Notes: a model not told the origin generated them from the letters alone. A stretch of 63,617 nt of DNA, filler included, from Chrysochromulina tobinii (GCA_001275005.1; 9 parts of 9 records of this genome joined end to end with filler, not necessarily neighbours in it), one strand, 5' to 3'. Positions 8,211 to 18,678 are shown, counted from the whole stretch's first letter. Translations and numbers: made by a program.

Positions 8211-11093
8211 TTAACGTCCCTCCACCGCCTCCACCATGACCTCCTCCTCGCTCGCGTCGGGCGGCCGCTGTTGCGTCGCCGCGCCGAGCGCGAGGATGCC
8301 CCCCGCGAGCACGACGAGGCCCGCATGCACCGGCCGCGCGCGCACGTAGACGGCGAGGCTCGCCGCGATGGCAGCGACGCCATACACAGCGGCGCCCGAC
8401 CGAAGCGCCGCCTTGAGCACTCCAAGAGCGCCCACGCGCACCGCCAGGTACACGAGCGAGAGCGCGGCCACGCCGCCTCGCCAGCCGGAGGTTAGCTGGC
8501 GGCGCAGGTGGGTGCGCAGAAGCACGCCGTACACGGTCGCCGAGCGAGTGAGACGGCGGCTGCGCAGCTTCAGGCTCTTGGGCGATCGCGGCCACTGCGC
8601 GCTCAGCCGCTGGCGAGCTTCCCCCACGATCTGTCTCGCCTCGCCTGCCGCCTCTCCCACCCGCTGGCGCGCCTCACCCGCCGCCTCTCCGACTCGCGCC
8701 GCTTGGCGGGCCGCCCCCGCCGCAAGCTCGCGCGCCGCTGCTGTGAGCGCCATGGGCTTGTTTGTCTCCTCGGCCCGAGTGGACGTTGTGGTGAGCGTTG
8801 TGGTGAGCGTTGTGGTGAGCGAGCCATCGCTGCCAGCGGAGAGCGGCTCGGCGAGCGTTGTGGTGAGAGTTGTGGCGTGCCCGCCCGCACGGCGCAGCCC
8901 TCGCAGCGGCATGAGCGCGGCCTGTCGCAGGCGTGAGGTGCATGTGCGCAGGAGCGGCGTGAGCGCCTTCGCGATCGCTTCGGTCGTCAGGTGACGCACC
9001 GCTCGAGCCTCGCCTCGGGGAGAGGCCAGGCGCAAGAGGAGCTCGGTGGAGTCGAGATCGTTGGCGATCCGACGAAGATGGATCCCCTCGGGAGAGCCGA
9101 GCAGCTCCAGCACACTCTCCATCGGCGTGGCGGCGCCGCTACCCGCAAGCTTGGCAAGCTTGGAGGGGCCTGCGCTGCTCCCAACGTGCCCCATTCCCGT
9201 CGGCGGCCCCACGGCGTCACTCGCGCGCCCTGTGCCGCTGCCCACATGCGGGGCGGCGGCAGCTGCGCGCGCGGCCGTGGCTGCTGCCGCCGCCGCTGCT
9301 GCTGTGCTGCGCTCCGCCGCCGCTGCTGCTGCTCGTCGCTGCTCGTCGCTGCCGTCGCTGCTACTGCTGCCGTCGCTGCTGCTGCTGCCGTCGCTGCTGC
9401 TGCTGCTGCTGCCGTCGCTGCTGCTGCTCAGCGCGTCGCGCAAGAGGGTCATGATCTTCTCCCACTGCAGCTGGTTGTCGGCGGTGAGGATGGAGGAGCG
9501 CAGCTGGCGCGCCCCGTCCTCGGTCGAAGGGGAGAGTGCCCGGCGCAGCGCCCAAGGCAGGCTCACCTCGTAAATATTAAAGTTCGGGTCGACCTGTCCA
9601 GCGATGCCCTCGAGGGTGAGAAAGGTGCGGATCAAGAGGATGATGTACGGCGGCGAGTACATGCGCCAGAGCTTGCCCATGTCAAACAGGACAGTGGAGA
9701 GGGCGCCGAAGCGGCTCGTGCCTCCCGGGCACGCGCCCATCTTCGCTCGTAACTCGGAGGCCATCCGCTGCTGCGCATCGGGGCCGGCGGGACGGAAGGG
9801 CGCCTTGACATTCTCCCTCGCCTCGATCGGGGAGCCTACGAAGCCGCTCTTGATGAAGGCGATGACGAGCCCATCCCAGTCCTCGTTGAGGACGCACTGG
9901 ATGCCGTACGCGAACGCCTCCATGATCTGCGGCTGCACGCGCGACATGAGCCCAAAGTCGAGGAAGACCAGCCGCCCGTCGTCGGCGAGCATCAAGTTAC
10001 CTTCATGAGGGTCGGCGTGCACGATGCCGGTGAGCACGAGGCTCGCTGTCACCGCCTCGACGGCCATGTAGGTCATGCGAAGACCCTCCTCGCGGCTGAG
10101 CTTGTCGAGGTGCCGCCCGTACACCCACTCGCTCACGAGCACGCGGCTACCCTGAGTAGGGCTACCCTGAGTGTACTCGAGGAGAAAGTCGGGCACGTCG
10201 ACGTATCCAAGGAAGGCCATCGACGACTTGAACTCCGCCGCATTGCGCGCTTCGTTACGGTAGTCGAGCTCCTCGAAGACTCCCTGGGCGCACGTGTCCA
10301 GGATCTCGTCCAGATCGCCGTTCCCCCAGCCGCTCGCCGCGATCATCTGCAGCCCCACGATGAGCACTGCGAAGTCGAGGGCCACTTGCCTCACCGCACC
10401 CGGCCGTTGCACCTTCACAGCGACCTCGCGCCCGTCGTGCGTCTGGCCGCGGTAGACCTGGCCCAGGGACGCGGAGGCGATCGGCTGCTCCGAAAGGCGC
10501 GCGAACACGGGCGGCGCGTTCGGATCGGTCGTGCCGTCCACGAAGGTCGGCCCAGGCGCGATCGGACGCCCGCGCGCGCCGAGCTCCTCCCGCAGCACCT
10601 GCCACGCGCGCTCGTTGTCAAACGGCGCGTTCGACGTCTGCAGCGACTTGAGCGCCTCGCACACGTCCACGCCGACGATGTCCGGTCGCTGCGAGAGCGT
10701 CTGCCCGAGCTTGACCGCCACCGGGCCGAGCGCCGAGATTTCCTGTCGCAGCACATTGCCGCGTGTGCGCTCCGCGGCCGGCAGCGCCTCCTCGCGCAGC
10801 CACACGCGCTGCAGCTTCTTGTACACGCGCGCAAATTTGGCCGCGCGGCCCATTAGCGCCACCGGCCGCTTCATGAAGAAGCTGGTCAGCTGGCTGCGGT
10901 CGTAGCCTGCGCGCAGCACCTCGTAAGGGTCCTCAGCTGTGCTGCTGCCGCGGCTGCCGATGGCGAGCAGCGGCGACGAAGCACGCGCGGCGGTTCGCGT
11001 CGGCACGTGCACCAAGGCAGAGGCGGCTGATCCCAGTGGTGTCGCGGCCACCGCAGCCGCGTGCGGGACAATGCTCAATAAGATCGCCCACAT
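8211..11093 (-). CDS. ABC1K: ABC1/UbiB atypical kinase, probably plastid-targeted
   Basis: LGPVAVKLGQTLSQRPD, PIASASLGQVY, VAVKVQRP, EELDYRNEARN, HADPHEGN, LDFGLM. Signal-like MWAILLSIV start at ATG 11093. Confidence 0.92.
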   Translation of the reverse strand: MWAILLSIVPHAAAVAATPLGSAASALVHVPTRTAARASSPLLAIGSRGSSTAEDPYEVLRAGYDRSQLTSFFMKRPVALMGRAAKFARVYKKLQRVWLREEALPAAERTRGNVLRQEISALGPVAVKLGQTLSQRPDIVGVDVCEALKSLQTSNAPFDNERAWQVLREELGARGRPIAPGPTFVDGTTDPNAPPVFARLSEQPIASASLGQVYRGQTHDGREVAVKVQRPGAVRQVALDFAVLIVGLQMIAASGWGNGDLDEILDTCAQGVFEELDYRNEARNAAEFKSSMAFLGYVDVPDFLLEYTQGSPTQGSRVLVSEWVYGRHLDKLSREEGLRMTYMAVEAVTASLVLTGIVHADPHEGNLMLADDGRLVFLDFGLMSRVQPQIMEAFAYGIQCVLNEDWDGLVIAFIKSGFVGSPIEARENVKAPFRPAGPDAQQRMASELRAKMGACPGGTSRFGALSTVLFDMGKLWRMYSPPYIILLIRTFLTLEGIAGQVDPNFNIYEVSLPWALRRALSPSTEDGARQLRSSILTADNQLQWEKIMTLLRDALSSSSDGSSSSSSDGSSSSDGSSSSDGSDEQRRAAAAAAERSTAAAAAAAATAARAAAAAPHVGSGTGRASDAVGPPTGMGHVGSSAGPSKLAKLAGSGAATPMESVLELLGSPEGIHLRRIANDLDSTELLLRLASPRGEARAVRHLTTEAIAKALTPLLRTCTSRLRQAALMPLRGLRRAGGHATTLTTTLAEPLSAGSDGSLTTTLTTTLTTTSTRAEETNKPMALTAAARELAAGAARQAARVGEAAGEARQRVGEAAGEARQIVGEARQRLSAQWPRSPKSLKLRSRRLTRSATVYGVLLRTHLRRQLTSGWRGGVAALSLVYLAVRVGALGVLKAALRSGAAVYGVAAIAASLAVYVRARPVHAGLVVLAGGILALGAATQQRPPDASEEEVMVEAVEGR

Positions 11094-11285
11094 GACGACC
11101 AGCGGCGAGACGCCGGAATTACGGGAGTTTATGTGCGGAATCTGGCGGATTGACGAAGCAGATTTGCGAGGAGCGTCACAATCGCCTAACCCACACCTGG
11201 ACGCTGAGCATCGTTTCACAGCCAATGTTTATGATTCGTTACCAGGTTTCACACTCCTTCACGATGCGCGCCCGACTTTCTGACT

Positions 11286-13780
11286 ATGTTCCCTCCCTCG
11301 CCGCGGCGCATCACCGTGCACGCGGTGTGCTCCGCGGCGCAGGATTTGCTGGACGCCGTCGAGCGCGAGCCCAAGGCGGCCGCACAGGCAGCCGTCATTG
11401 CGGCGAGCGCCGGCGTCAAGCAGGCGCTCCGGATGCCTTCGGCCGCTCTCGCCAACGCTGTGGCTCGGCTCGCCAGCGCACTGCTCTCGGATGTGCCGTA
11501 CCGGCTGACGCAGCAGGCGCTGCGTGCGCTGCTCGACGCTTGCGAGCGCCTCTGCACCACCGTCGACCAGCAGGCCGCGCTGCTCATGGAGTGCGCGCCG
11601 CTCTGGACAGGCGCCATCGTGCATGCTAATCGCGATGTGCGCACCTTCTCGCTCACGCTGCTCGCCAAGCTGAGTTCGGCCAACGTCGAGCTGCCCTTGA
11701 GCGCGATCGATCGCGTGCTTGACTGCGGTGTCACCACGCCGCTCGCGCAGCTGCTCTGCGAGAGCGACAAGGGCAAGCCCTCGATCGGCGACCAGCCGAG
11801 CGTGCCCGTGTTGTGCGCGGTGCTCTCTCTGCGCGGGCTGCTGCGCTCCGCTCACGCTGCCACGCGCTGCCGCGACGAGGGCCTCCTCGCAGCCCAGCTG
11901 CGCGGCATGCCCGCGGCCGTGCGCCAGGGCGCCGTCGGCCTCGCTACTGCCGAGCTGTTGATGCGACTGGGCGAGTTGGGTGCGCCTTGTGCGCTGGGCA
12001 TGCGACTGCGGGCGGCGCTGCTGGGCGCGCCCAACTCGGCGCCGAGAGGCGCGGCACGTGCGGATGCGCGCGAGGCGGCGGCGCCGTCGGCCGCGGACGA
12101 GTCGGAGTCGTGGGTGGAGCCATGGGTGGCGCCGGATGCTGACATGGTATGGCCTGACGGTTTGAGCCTCGGCCTTCATCAGGTACTTGCGTGCTGATTG
12201 CATGCTGATTGCATGCTGATTGCATGCTGATTGCATGCTGATGGTTTGAGCTTCGGCCTTCATCAGGTGCTCCTCGCTGTGCGCGCTCCCGACTGGCTGG
12301 CGATGCTCCGCGCGAACGCGTCTCCTCATCAGTCGAGGGCTCCCGCCGCTGCCACCTCGCCTGGCGCATCGGTCCATGGCGCGTGTTGCTGGCAGCTGTC
12401 GTCGGCGGTGGCGACCTCGTTGCCTCGGGAAGCGTGCGTGGCGCTCTATGAACTTGTCCTCAGTGGCTCGGCCGCCCTCGAAGGAGCCGGCGGCACCGGC
12501 CGTGGCCGCGGCAGCACCGGCGGTGGCAGCGCAGTCCCAGTACTACGCCCCAAGGCCTTGCTCGCCGCCGCCGACACACTCGGCCTGCGCGCGCTCCTCC
12601 TCGCGCCTCCGTGCCACCCTACCGGTCGCCCCTGGCTCGAGTTACACCTCGCTGCCGTGCCTGGGGGGCTTGTACCAGTTGCTGACGTGCGCTTTGCGTT
12701 GGCGGATGGGGCGCTGCTCGCGCACCGTGCGCTGCTTGCTGCCGGTAGTGACTATTTTAGGACGTCGCTCGCCTTTAATGCCAACTTTGGTGGCGGGGGC
12801 AACAGCGGCAACATCAGCGGAGGCGACGACGATGGCTCAGGGTCTCAGCCAGCGTCGCCGCTTGTGGTGCGTGTGTCGGATGCGAGCGTGGCGCCGTTCA
12901 TGGCGATGCTTCGTTTTGTATACGCGGGGACCGTCGAGTTACCGGTCGCCACACCGCCCTCGCCCATCCCCGCCCCCCCTCCCGTGACAGACCCGGCACA
13001 CGCCTCACCCAGCGTGGCTGAGGGCAGCGGGGGCGCCTCCAGCGGCGGAGGATTATCTTCTCAGGTGGAGGCGCAGGGGCTAGCCTTATGGCAGCGGCTG
13101 GGGGACGAGGCGATCGTGTCACAGGAATGGATGCATGCACGACTCCAGCACTGCCTCTCTACCGCCGCCGACGCCGACGCTGGCGCTTCCCCCGCCACCA
13201 CCACCCCCGCCGCCGCCGCCAACGGCGGCGCCACCCGCGCCAGCGTCGCGACCCCGCGCCCTGTCCACGCAGAGGCGGGCGCGCCGCCCGACGGGCGGCT
13301 ATGTGCGGCGGGCGCGCTCGAGTTGGCGCTGCTCGGCGATCGGTACTGCTCGATGGTCTAAGTCCGCACGCCCCAGCATGCAAGTGCTCACCACGGCGCT
13401 GTGTCTCCCCACAGGTACATGCTCGATGGGCTAAGTCCGCACGCGCACCGGCGACTGCGCGCCGCCCTCACTGCCGCCGAGGTCGTGCCGCTGCTCCTGC
13501 GTGCGCAAGAGGAGTGCTCGAGTGCTGCGGCGCAGATTATCTTTGGCTGGGCGGTGGAGCACTACGAGCAGGTGCTTGCTCTCCTCGACGCGTGGCCCTG
13601 GCATGCAAGTGCTCACCACGGCGCTGTGTCCACCCACAGGTGCATGCGCTCCTCGACGGGTGGCTCACGTGTGCCCCTTCCGCGCGCCCACACGTGCCGC
13701 GCTTGCTCGGCGACAAGGCGCTCCTGGCTCTGAGCACTAACCTGCGCACCGAGATGCTCCGAGTACGCCACGGGCTGTGA
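11286..13780 (+). CDS. ARM/HEAT-like + BTB/POZ domain protein; exons 11286-12182, 12267-13342, 13415-13571, 13640-13780
   Basis: BTB motifs ADVRF...LAHRALLAAGSDYFR, FMAMLRFVYAG and, after splicing, LLGDRYMLDGL. Three GT-AG introns restore one frame. Confidence 0.8.
12183..12266 (+). other. Family-B intron whose 3' end copies the upstream exon end
   Basis: GTACTT-(GCTGATTGCAT)x4-CTGATGGTTTGAGCTTCGGCCTTCATCAG; the last 29 nt match exon 12154-12182 at 27/29; in-frame stop inside. Confidence 0.88.
13343..13414 (+). other. Family-A intron whose 5' end copies the downstream exon start
   Basis: GTAC-TGCTCGATGGTCTAAGTCCGCACGC vs exon GTACATGCTCGATGGGCTAAGTCCGCACGC (28/30), then CATGCAAGTGCTCACCACGGCGCTGTGTCTCCCCACAG. 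Confidence 0.88.
13572..13639 (+). other. Family-A intron whose 5' end copies the downstream exon start
   Basis: GTGCTTGCTCTCCTCGACGCGTGGC vs exon GTGCATGCGCTCCTCGACGGGTGGC (22/25), then CATGCAAGTGCTCACCACGGCGCTGTGTCCACCCACAG. Confidence 0.88.
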
Positions 13781-14013
13781 AGCTATAGGTGATCGTATCT
13801 TTCGTCCGTTTCGGGCCGTCCCGCGTGAACACGACGTGCGTCGAGACATTTTGGTTCTTAGAAGATCAAGTGTAGCCTTCGAGGTCGCAGCGCGCGCGGT
13901 CGGGGGGCTCTAACATGCTGTAGCTCAACGCCCACAGGTCAGACGCGAGACGCAGACGAGACTCGTGTGTGGAACACACTCGACAGTGACGACCCATGTA
14001 CCGTAACTCAAGA

Positions 14014-14520
14014 TCAGTCAGGTGCTCGCCGAGGGCTCGATGCTTCATCGATGCGAGCCTTGATGATGGCAGCTCGACTATAGTCCTCTACCTCCAAGGC
14101 GTCGTCAAGTGCCGTATATAGCGCCTCAAGAGCCTCATCAGCAGGCCCTGACGGTGGCCGCTGCGGCTCGGCACCATAGACCTCCACAAAATCGAATCGC
14201 GGCAGCCGAAATCCTCGCAGCCAGCTGGGCAGCATTGGACGCTCTGCCTTGAAGTTCTTCGAGTAGAAGGGATTCTGCGACTTCTCCTTCATCAGAAACG
14301 CGTTGATGCCTTGATCCCCGGTTGAAAGCGTGTACTGAAGGTATCCGGCGGCGCAAAGTAGCGCGGCCGTGGCTCCGAGTACTGCAGCGTCGGACAAGGG
14401 TTCGAACATGGTGATGACGGCCCTATGACCCGCCATGCTTGGCCGACACTGCGAAGTACAGCCGATGAAGCCGACAGGAACGGCGGTGGATAGAGCGAGC
14501 GCGAATTGGGAAAAGAGCAT
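14014..14520 (-). CDS. Small probable plastid membrane protein with C-terminal UVR-like coiled motif
   Basis: Signal+transit-like N-terminus, one hydrophobic segment, GDQGINAFLMKEK, and ALEVEDYSRAAIIKARID. Confidence 0.6.
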   Translation of the reverse strand: MLFSQFALALSTAVPVGFIGCTSQCRPSMAGHRAVITMFEPLSDAAVLGATAALLCAAGYLQYTLSTGDQGINAFLMKEKSQNPFYSKNFKAERPMLPSWLRGFRLPRFDFVEVYGAEPQRPPSGPADEALEALYTALDDALEVEDYSRAAIIKARIDEASSPRRAPD

Positions 14521-14767
14521 GAGCACGATTGCGTGTTGTTCACAGGAGATTCACGGCCCTGACGACTCCTGTTTCACTACGTTTGGCTGCTCCAAGAAAG
14601 TCGCGCGTTCCAGCTGTGCATAAAGCAAGCTACATGTAATTCCTTTCGATGTTCCAAGTTTGCGAGCGCGCTAGCACCAGAAGCGAGCGCGAGCGAGCGA
14701 GCGAGCTCGTTCACTCTCACGATGCGAGCGAGCGCGCTCTTCCGCCTCGCCGGACAAGGGAGTCGAG

Positions 14768-16441
14768 ATGCCGCCCTCCATAACCGAGCAGCACCAGTTC
14801 CTCGACTTTGCGAAGGAGTGCAACTTTGCCAAGGTGCGTGAGCTCATCGAGAAGGATATCGCTTACATCAACGTGCAGCCATCCTGGCGCTGGACGGCGC
14901 TGCACCAGGCGTGCTACCAAGGAGAATGGAGCACCGTCGAGTTCCTGCTCCGCAAGGGCGCGAACACCACGGTGACGACGAAGGACGGCGAGACACCACG
15001 CGCCGTCGCCCAGGGCCGTGGCCACACCGCCTGCGTCAAGCTGCTCGACGACGACCACACTTCTGTGTGGCTCTTCGACGCGGTGACCGGCTTTCTCAGG
15101 AGCCCTGACTGGACCGTGCCCGTCGGGAACTTCATGGACGACAACTGCCTCGTGTTTGGCTCTGACGAGGAGCAAGAGCACACCTACCATGACATCTTCA
15201 ACGCCTACCGTGATATGGTGGACTCGTTGCTGGATATGTTCCTGTCCGACCTGGGCACGACAAACGACGAATTCGGTTTGCTCTGCACAGAGTTTGCGAC
15301 CACAGACGTGGGCCAAGACGTACTCCGGCAGATCCTGGCCGTCGATGACTTCGTCTCCTTCAAGCAGATGATGGTGAAGCGCAACCTGGAGATCGAAGCT
15401 GCAGCGGCTTCCACATTGGCACCATGGTGGAGGCCTTGTAACCGAATGCTTCATGAGCGTCATCTTAAGCGTCCCCCTGCCGCACCTTTCATCGATCGAC
15501 TGCAGCCCGAGCCCGAGGCTGCAGAAGAGGCAGCGGCCGCAGAGGAGGCAGCGGCCGCAGAGGAGGCAGCGGCCGCAGAGGCAGCGGCCGCAGAGGAGGC
15601 AGCGGCCGCAGAGGCAGCGGCCGCAGAAGAGGCAGCGGTCGCAGAGGCAGCGGCTGCAGAGGAGGCAGCGGCCGCAGAGGCAGCGGCTGCAGAGGAGGCA
15701 GCGGCTGCAGAGGCAGCGGCCGCAGAGGCAGCGGCGGCCGCAGAGGCAGCGGCAGAGGAAGCAGCTGAGGCTGCAGCGGCGGCAGAGGCTGCAGCGGAGG
15801 AGGAGGAGGCGGCCGAGGCTTTCGGCGCCTCCAACGCCTCTTCGATGGCCCTCGACGACGGCGGCCACCAGCGCCGCCGCGCACCGCTCGCGCCTCCTGT
15901 GTATCACGAGGAAGGCTTCGATGTGCGTGCCCTGCGCCCAGACTGTGTGCTGCCAGCGGACGCGGCAATGGGCTTGGCGGCGAGCGCCGCCGGCGCGTCA
16001 GACGATGAGGCGGAGGGTGGCGCTCAAGACGACGCAATTCCGCGGGCGCGCCGTGTGTGGAAGGGCGGGAAGGGGCATGAGCCCGAGGAGCAGGATGGTC
16101 TAGGGCCAGATGGTCCGCTCCCGCCGGATGGCTTCCGGAGTGCCTTCGAGTACGAGCGGGAGCAGTACGCGCGCCGGAAGCTGCACGCGCGCCGGGCCAT
16201 GCTCGACGCGCAACAAGGCACGCCCACCGTCGATTCGCCGACGCTAGCGCGCCCCCGCTCGCAGCCGCCCTGGTCGTCGGACGAGGCACCAAGCACGGGC
16301 AGCGAGGGAGCGGCGCTGGACGAAGAGGACTCGGCGGCGGCGGCGCGGCGCGAGCTCGAGGAGGCCGAGCGGCGGCGCGAGGACCAAGAAGGGCGGCTGC
16401 TTGACGACCTGCTGTGCATGGTAAAGATCACCGCAGCGTGA
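14768..16441 (+). CDS. Ankyrin + BART (ARL2/3-binding, CFAP36-like) domain protein with long EAAAA repeat
   Basis: WTALHQAC/GETPRAVA ankyrin motifs; FLRSPDWTVPVGNFMDDNC...QILAVDDFVSFKQMMVKRNLEIE BART motif; (E)EAAAA repeats at ~15520-15820. Confidence 0.75.
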   Translation: MPPSITEQHQFLDFAKECNFAKVRELIEKDIAYINVQPSWRWTALHQACYQGEWSTVEFLLRKGANTTVTTKDGETPRAVAQGRGHTACVKLLDDDHTSVWLFDAVTGFLRSPDWTVPVGNFMDDNCLVFGSDEEQEHTYHDIFNAYRDMVDSLLDMFLSDLGTTNDEFGLLCTEFATTDVGQDVLRQILAVDDFVSFKQMMVKRNLEIEAAAASTLAPWWRPCNRMLHERHLKRPPAAPFIDRLQPEPEAAEEAAAAEEAAAAEEAAAAEAAAAEEAAAAEAAAAEEAAVAEAAAAEEAAAAEAAAAEEAAAAEAAAAEAAAAAEAAAEEAAEAAAAAEAAAEEEEAAEAFGASNASSMALDDGGHQRRRAPLAPPVYHEEGFDVRALRPDCVLPADAAMGLAASAAGASDDEAEGGAQDDAIPRARRVWKGGKGHEPEEQDGLGPDGPLPPDGFRSAFEYEREQYARRKLHARRAMLDAQQGTPTVDSPTLARPRSQPPWSSDEAPSTGSEGAALDEEDSAAAARRELEEAERRREDQEGRLLDDLLCMVKITAA

Positions 16442-16691
16442 TTTGGGTGCATGTTGAGGTTGTGGTGCGGTAACCACGGCCGTGTGTTCTGTTTGTGCCG
16501 CGACCGCCCTCCCATCAGGTATGGCAGGCGAGGTAAGTGGAGCACCAGCGACCCCAGGTTCGCCCTGAGGGACTGTGGGTACATGTACATTGTACTAAAG
16601 CTCTCGAGTCAGAACGTCAAGTCGCGTGCAACCATACCCTGATTTCAAACTGAGTGCCACATCCCACAGCCCCTTCGCACCCTCTAGAGCT

Positions 16692-16970
16692 CTATCGACA
16701 ATCGCTCTCCTCGCTCGGAAAGGCGAGCATCTCGCGTGCAGACCCGCCGAGCAGGCGCAGCACCAAATGAAGCGTCGACTCCTTCTGGATGTTGTAGTCG
16801 GACAGCAAGCGACCGTCCTCCAGCAGCTTGCCCGCAAAGATGAGGCGCTGTGCCTCCGGGGGGGTGCCCTCCTTGGCCTGGATCTTTGCCTTGACGCCCT
16901 CGATGGTGTCAGAGTGCTCGACATTTAGCGTGATGGTCTTTCCATTCAGCGTCTTGACAAAGATCTGCAT
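16692..16970 (-). CDS. Divergent ubiquitin with 16-aa C-terminal extension
   Basis: MQIFVKTL...[10 protein letters not shown]; 11 substitutions relative to human ubiquitin. Confidence 0.9.
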   Translation of the reverse strand: MQIFVKTLNGKTITLNVEHSDTIEGVKAKIQAKEGTPPEAQRLIFAGKLLEDGRLLSDYNIQKESTLHLVLRLLGGSAREMLAFPSEESDCR

Positions 16971-18132
16971 GCCGTGGCTTGCCTATGGTGCTTGCCTGTG
17001 CTTGCTCGCTTCTGAGAGAGGGGGAAGGCGAACGTATGGTGATTGGAGGAAGAGAGACGCGATACGGATGGCAAGGCGTCGCACCCGCCGTGCTCGTGCG
17101 TGGGATTGGTGCTCGTGTGGGAGCGGAAGTTGGAGGCGCGGTGCCTTGCGTAGCTTGGCATGGAGTGGGTCGCGCGCGGGCGGGAGAGCGCGCGCGGCCC
17201 GAATTCCGGTTGGAAGGTGCCAAGACAGGGGTGCAGGGAAGGCGTGTGCGGGTGCGCAGGGCGCGATTCGTGTTGGGCGCGGCGAGTCGGGAGCTGACGA
17301 GGGCTTCTGCTCACTCTGGCTACCTGGATCGGGGTCGCAAGGAAAGCAAGCGATGGAAAGTTTGCCGCTCGCAAGGTGTTTTTCCAGGCCAAGCTCGCGA
17401 AGAAGCGAGCACTCACGTCTCGTTGAAAGTTGCTGTGAATGATGAACCAACTGCAGCCTGAGGACCTGGCGCGGCCTCCCCTAGGTGTCGAACAAACCTT
17501 CGTTGTCGCTGACAGGGGATGACGGTGATTTTTCAGATGAGCCCCAGGACTATAACCACATGAAATGATTAATGATGACAGATGGACTCGAGACATTTTA
17601 TACTACGTAGTACGTACTCGTAGTAAGGATGATAGCCCAAGTCGTTGGTCGAGACTCGAGTAATGGTCGTAATTCCTACGTGTACATGGGCGCGCCCTGG
17701 GTGTGAGAGTGTGGTGTGGCTTTGAGATTACGGATTTACGGATTACGCGCGGCCAAGCCCAAGTGAGCGCCGCAACACCGGACCGGTCGACAGTCGACTC
17801 GCTTGATCCTTGAAAAGATTACAGAAGTTGTCAGAATTTAACCGAACGACATGGTTGAACTCAGCGCACCAGGGCCGACGACAGTATTGGTGTTTTGATC
17901 GCGCGCCAATCCAACTCATTACTATGGTAGTACAGTGATGAAGAGCAGGGCCGACGATCGCGCGCCGATCCATCGAATCACGAATTCCCACTCCATCAGC
18001 GACCGCGCCGAGTCGCCGCAGTTACCTCCGGTCCTACGACCAAAGCCGTACAAGACGGCGCCAGCACACACACTGCTGCCTACAGGAAAGGAAAGGACGC
18101 GCCCAGCGAGACGCATCGACTGCTCGCCGCAC

Positions 18133-18678
18133 TTAGAACTTCAGGCCGAGCTTGCCGAGAAAATCCTCAAGAGGATTCTTATCCGCAGGCAGCTCCTTGA
18201 CCGCGGCCAGGGCCGTCTTGACGTGCTCCTCGGGGCTAAACTGAGAGTTGAAGACGCTGGCCACGGTGCCGCTCGCGTCCACGACGTACGTCTCACGTCC
18301 ACCGAGCAGCCCGAAAAGATCCTTCTGGATGCCAATCTCCGTGCGAATTGCGTCCCCCTCATCAACAAAGAGCTTGACCCCCACGTCAGAGCCCTTTGCG
18401 CCCGCCGCATTACGCACGCCGACCACGGCCACGCCGGCCGTGGTGAAGTTCTTGCCAGCAGCATCAAAGGCCTTCAGCTCCTTGGAGCAGCTGGGCGCAT
18501 CATCAGCCCCATAGAAGAAGATGCAGGCCTTCTTGCCGCTGACGCCCATGGCAGAGAGTGCAGTAGCCGGGAACTTTTCGCCCACGGCGAGCCCCATGCG
18601 GATTGAGGACGTGCGCGCTACTACGCGCAAAGAAGCGGCGCCATTCAGGAGAGCGGCAAATGTGAAGAGGGCGAGCAT
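18133..18678 (-). CDS. PRXQ: Peroxiredoxin Q/BCP-like protein, plastid-targeted
   Basis: Signal+transit peptide, FFYGADDAPSCSKE, DLFGLLGGRETYVVD, FNSQFSPEEHV. Confidence 0.85.
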   Translation of the reverse strand: MLALFTFAALLNGAASLRVVARTSSIRMGLAVGEKFPATALSAMGVSGKKACIFFYGADDAPSCSKELKAFDAAGKNFTTAGVAVVGVRNAAGAKGSDVGVKLFVDEGDAIRTEIGIQKDLFGLLGGRETYVVDASGTVASVFNSQFSPEEHVKTALAAVKELPADKNPLEDFLGKLGLKF

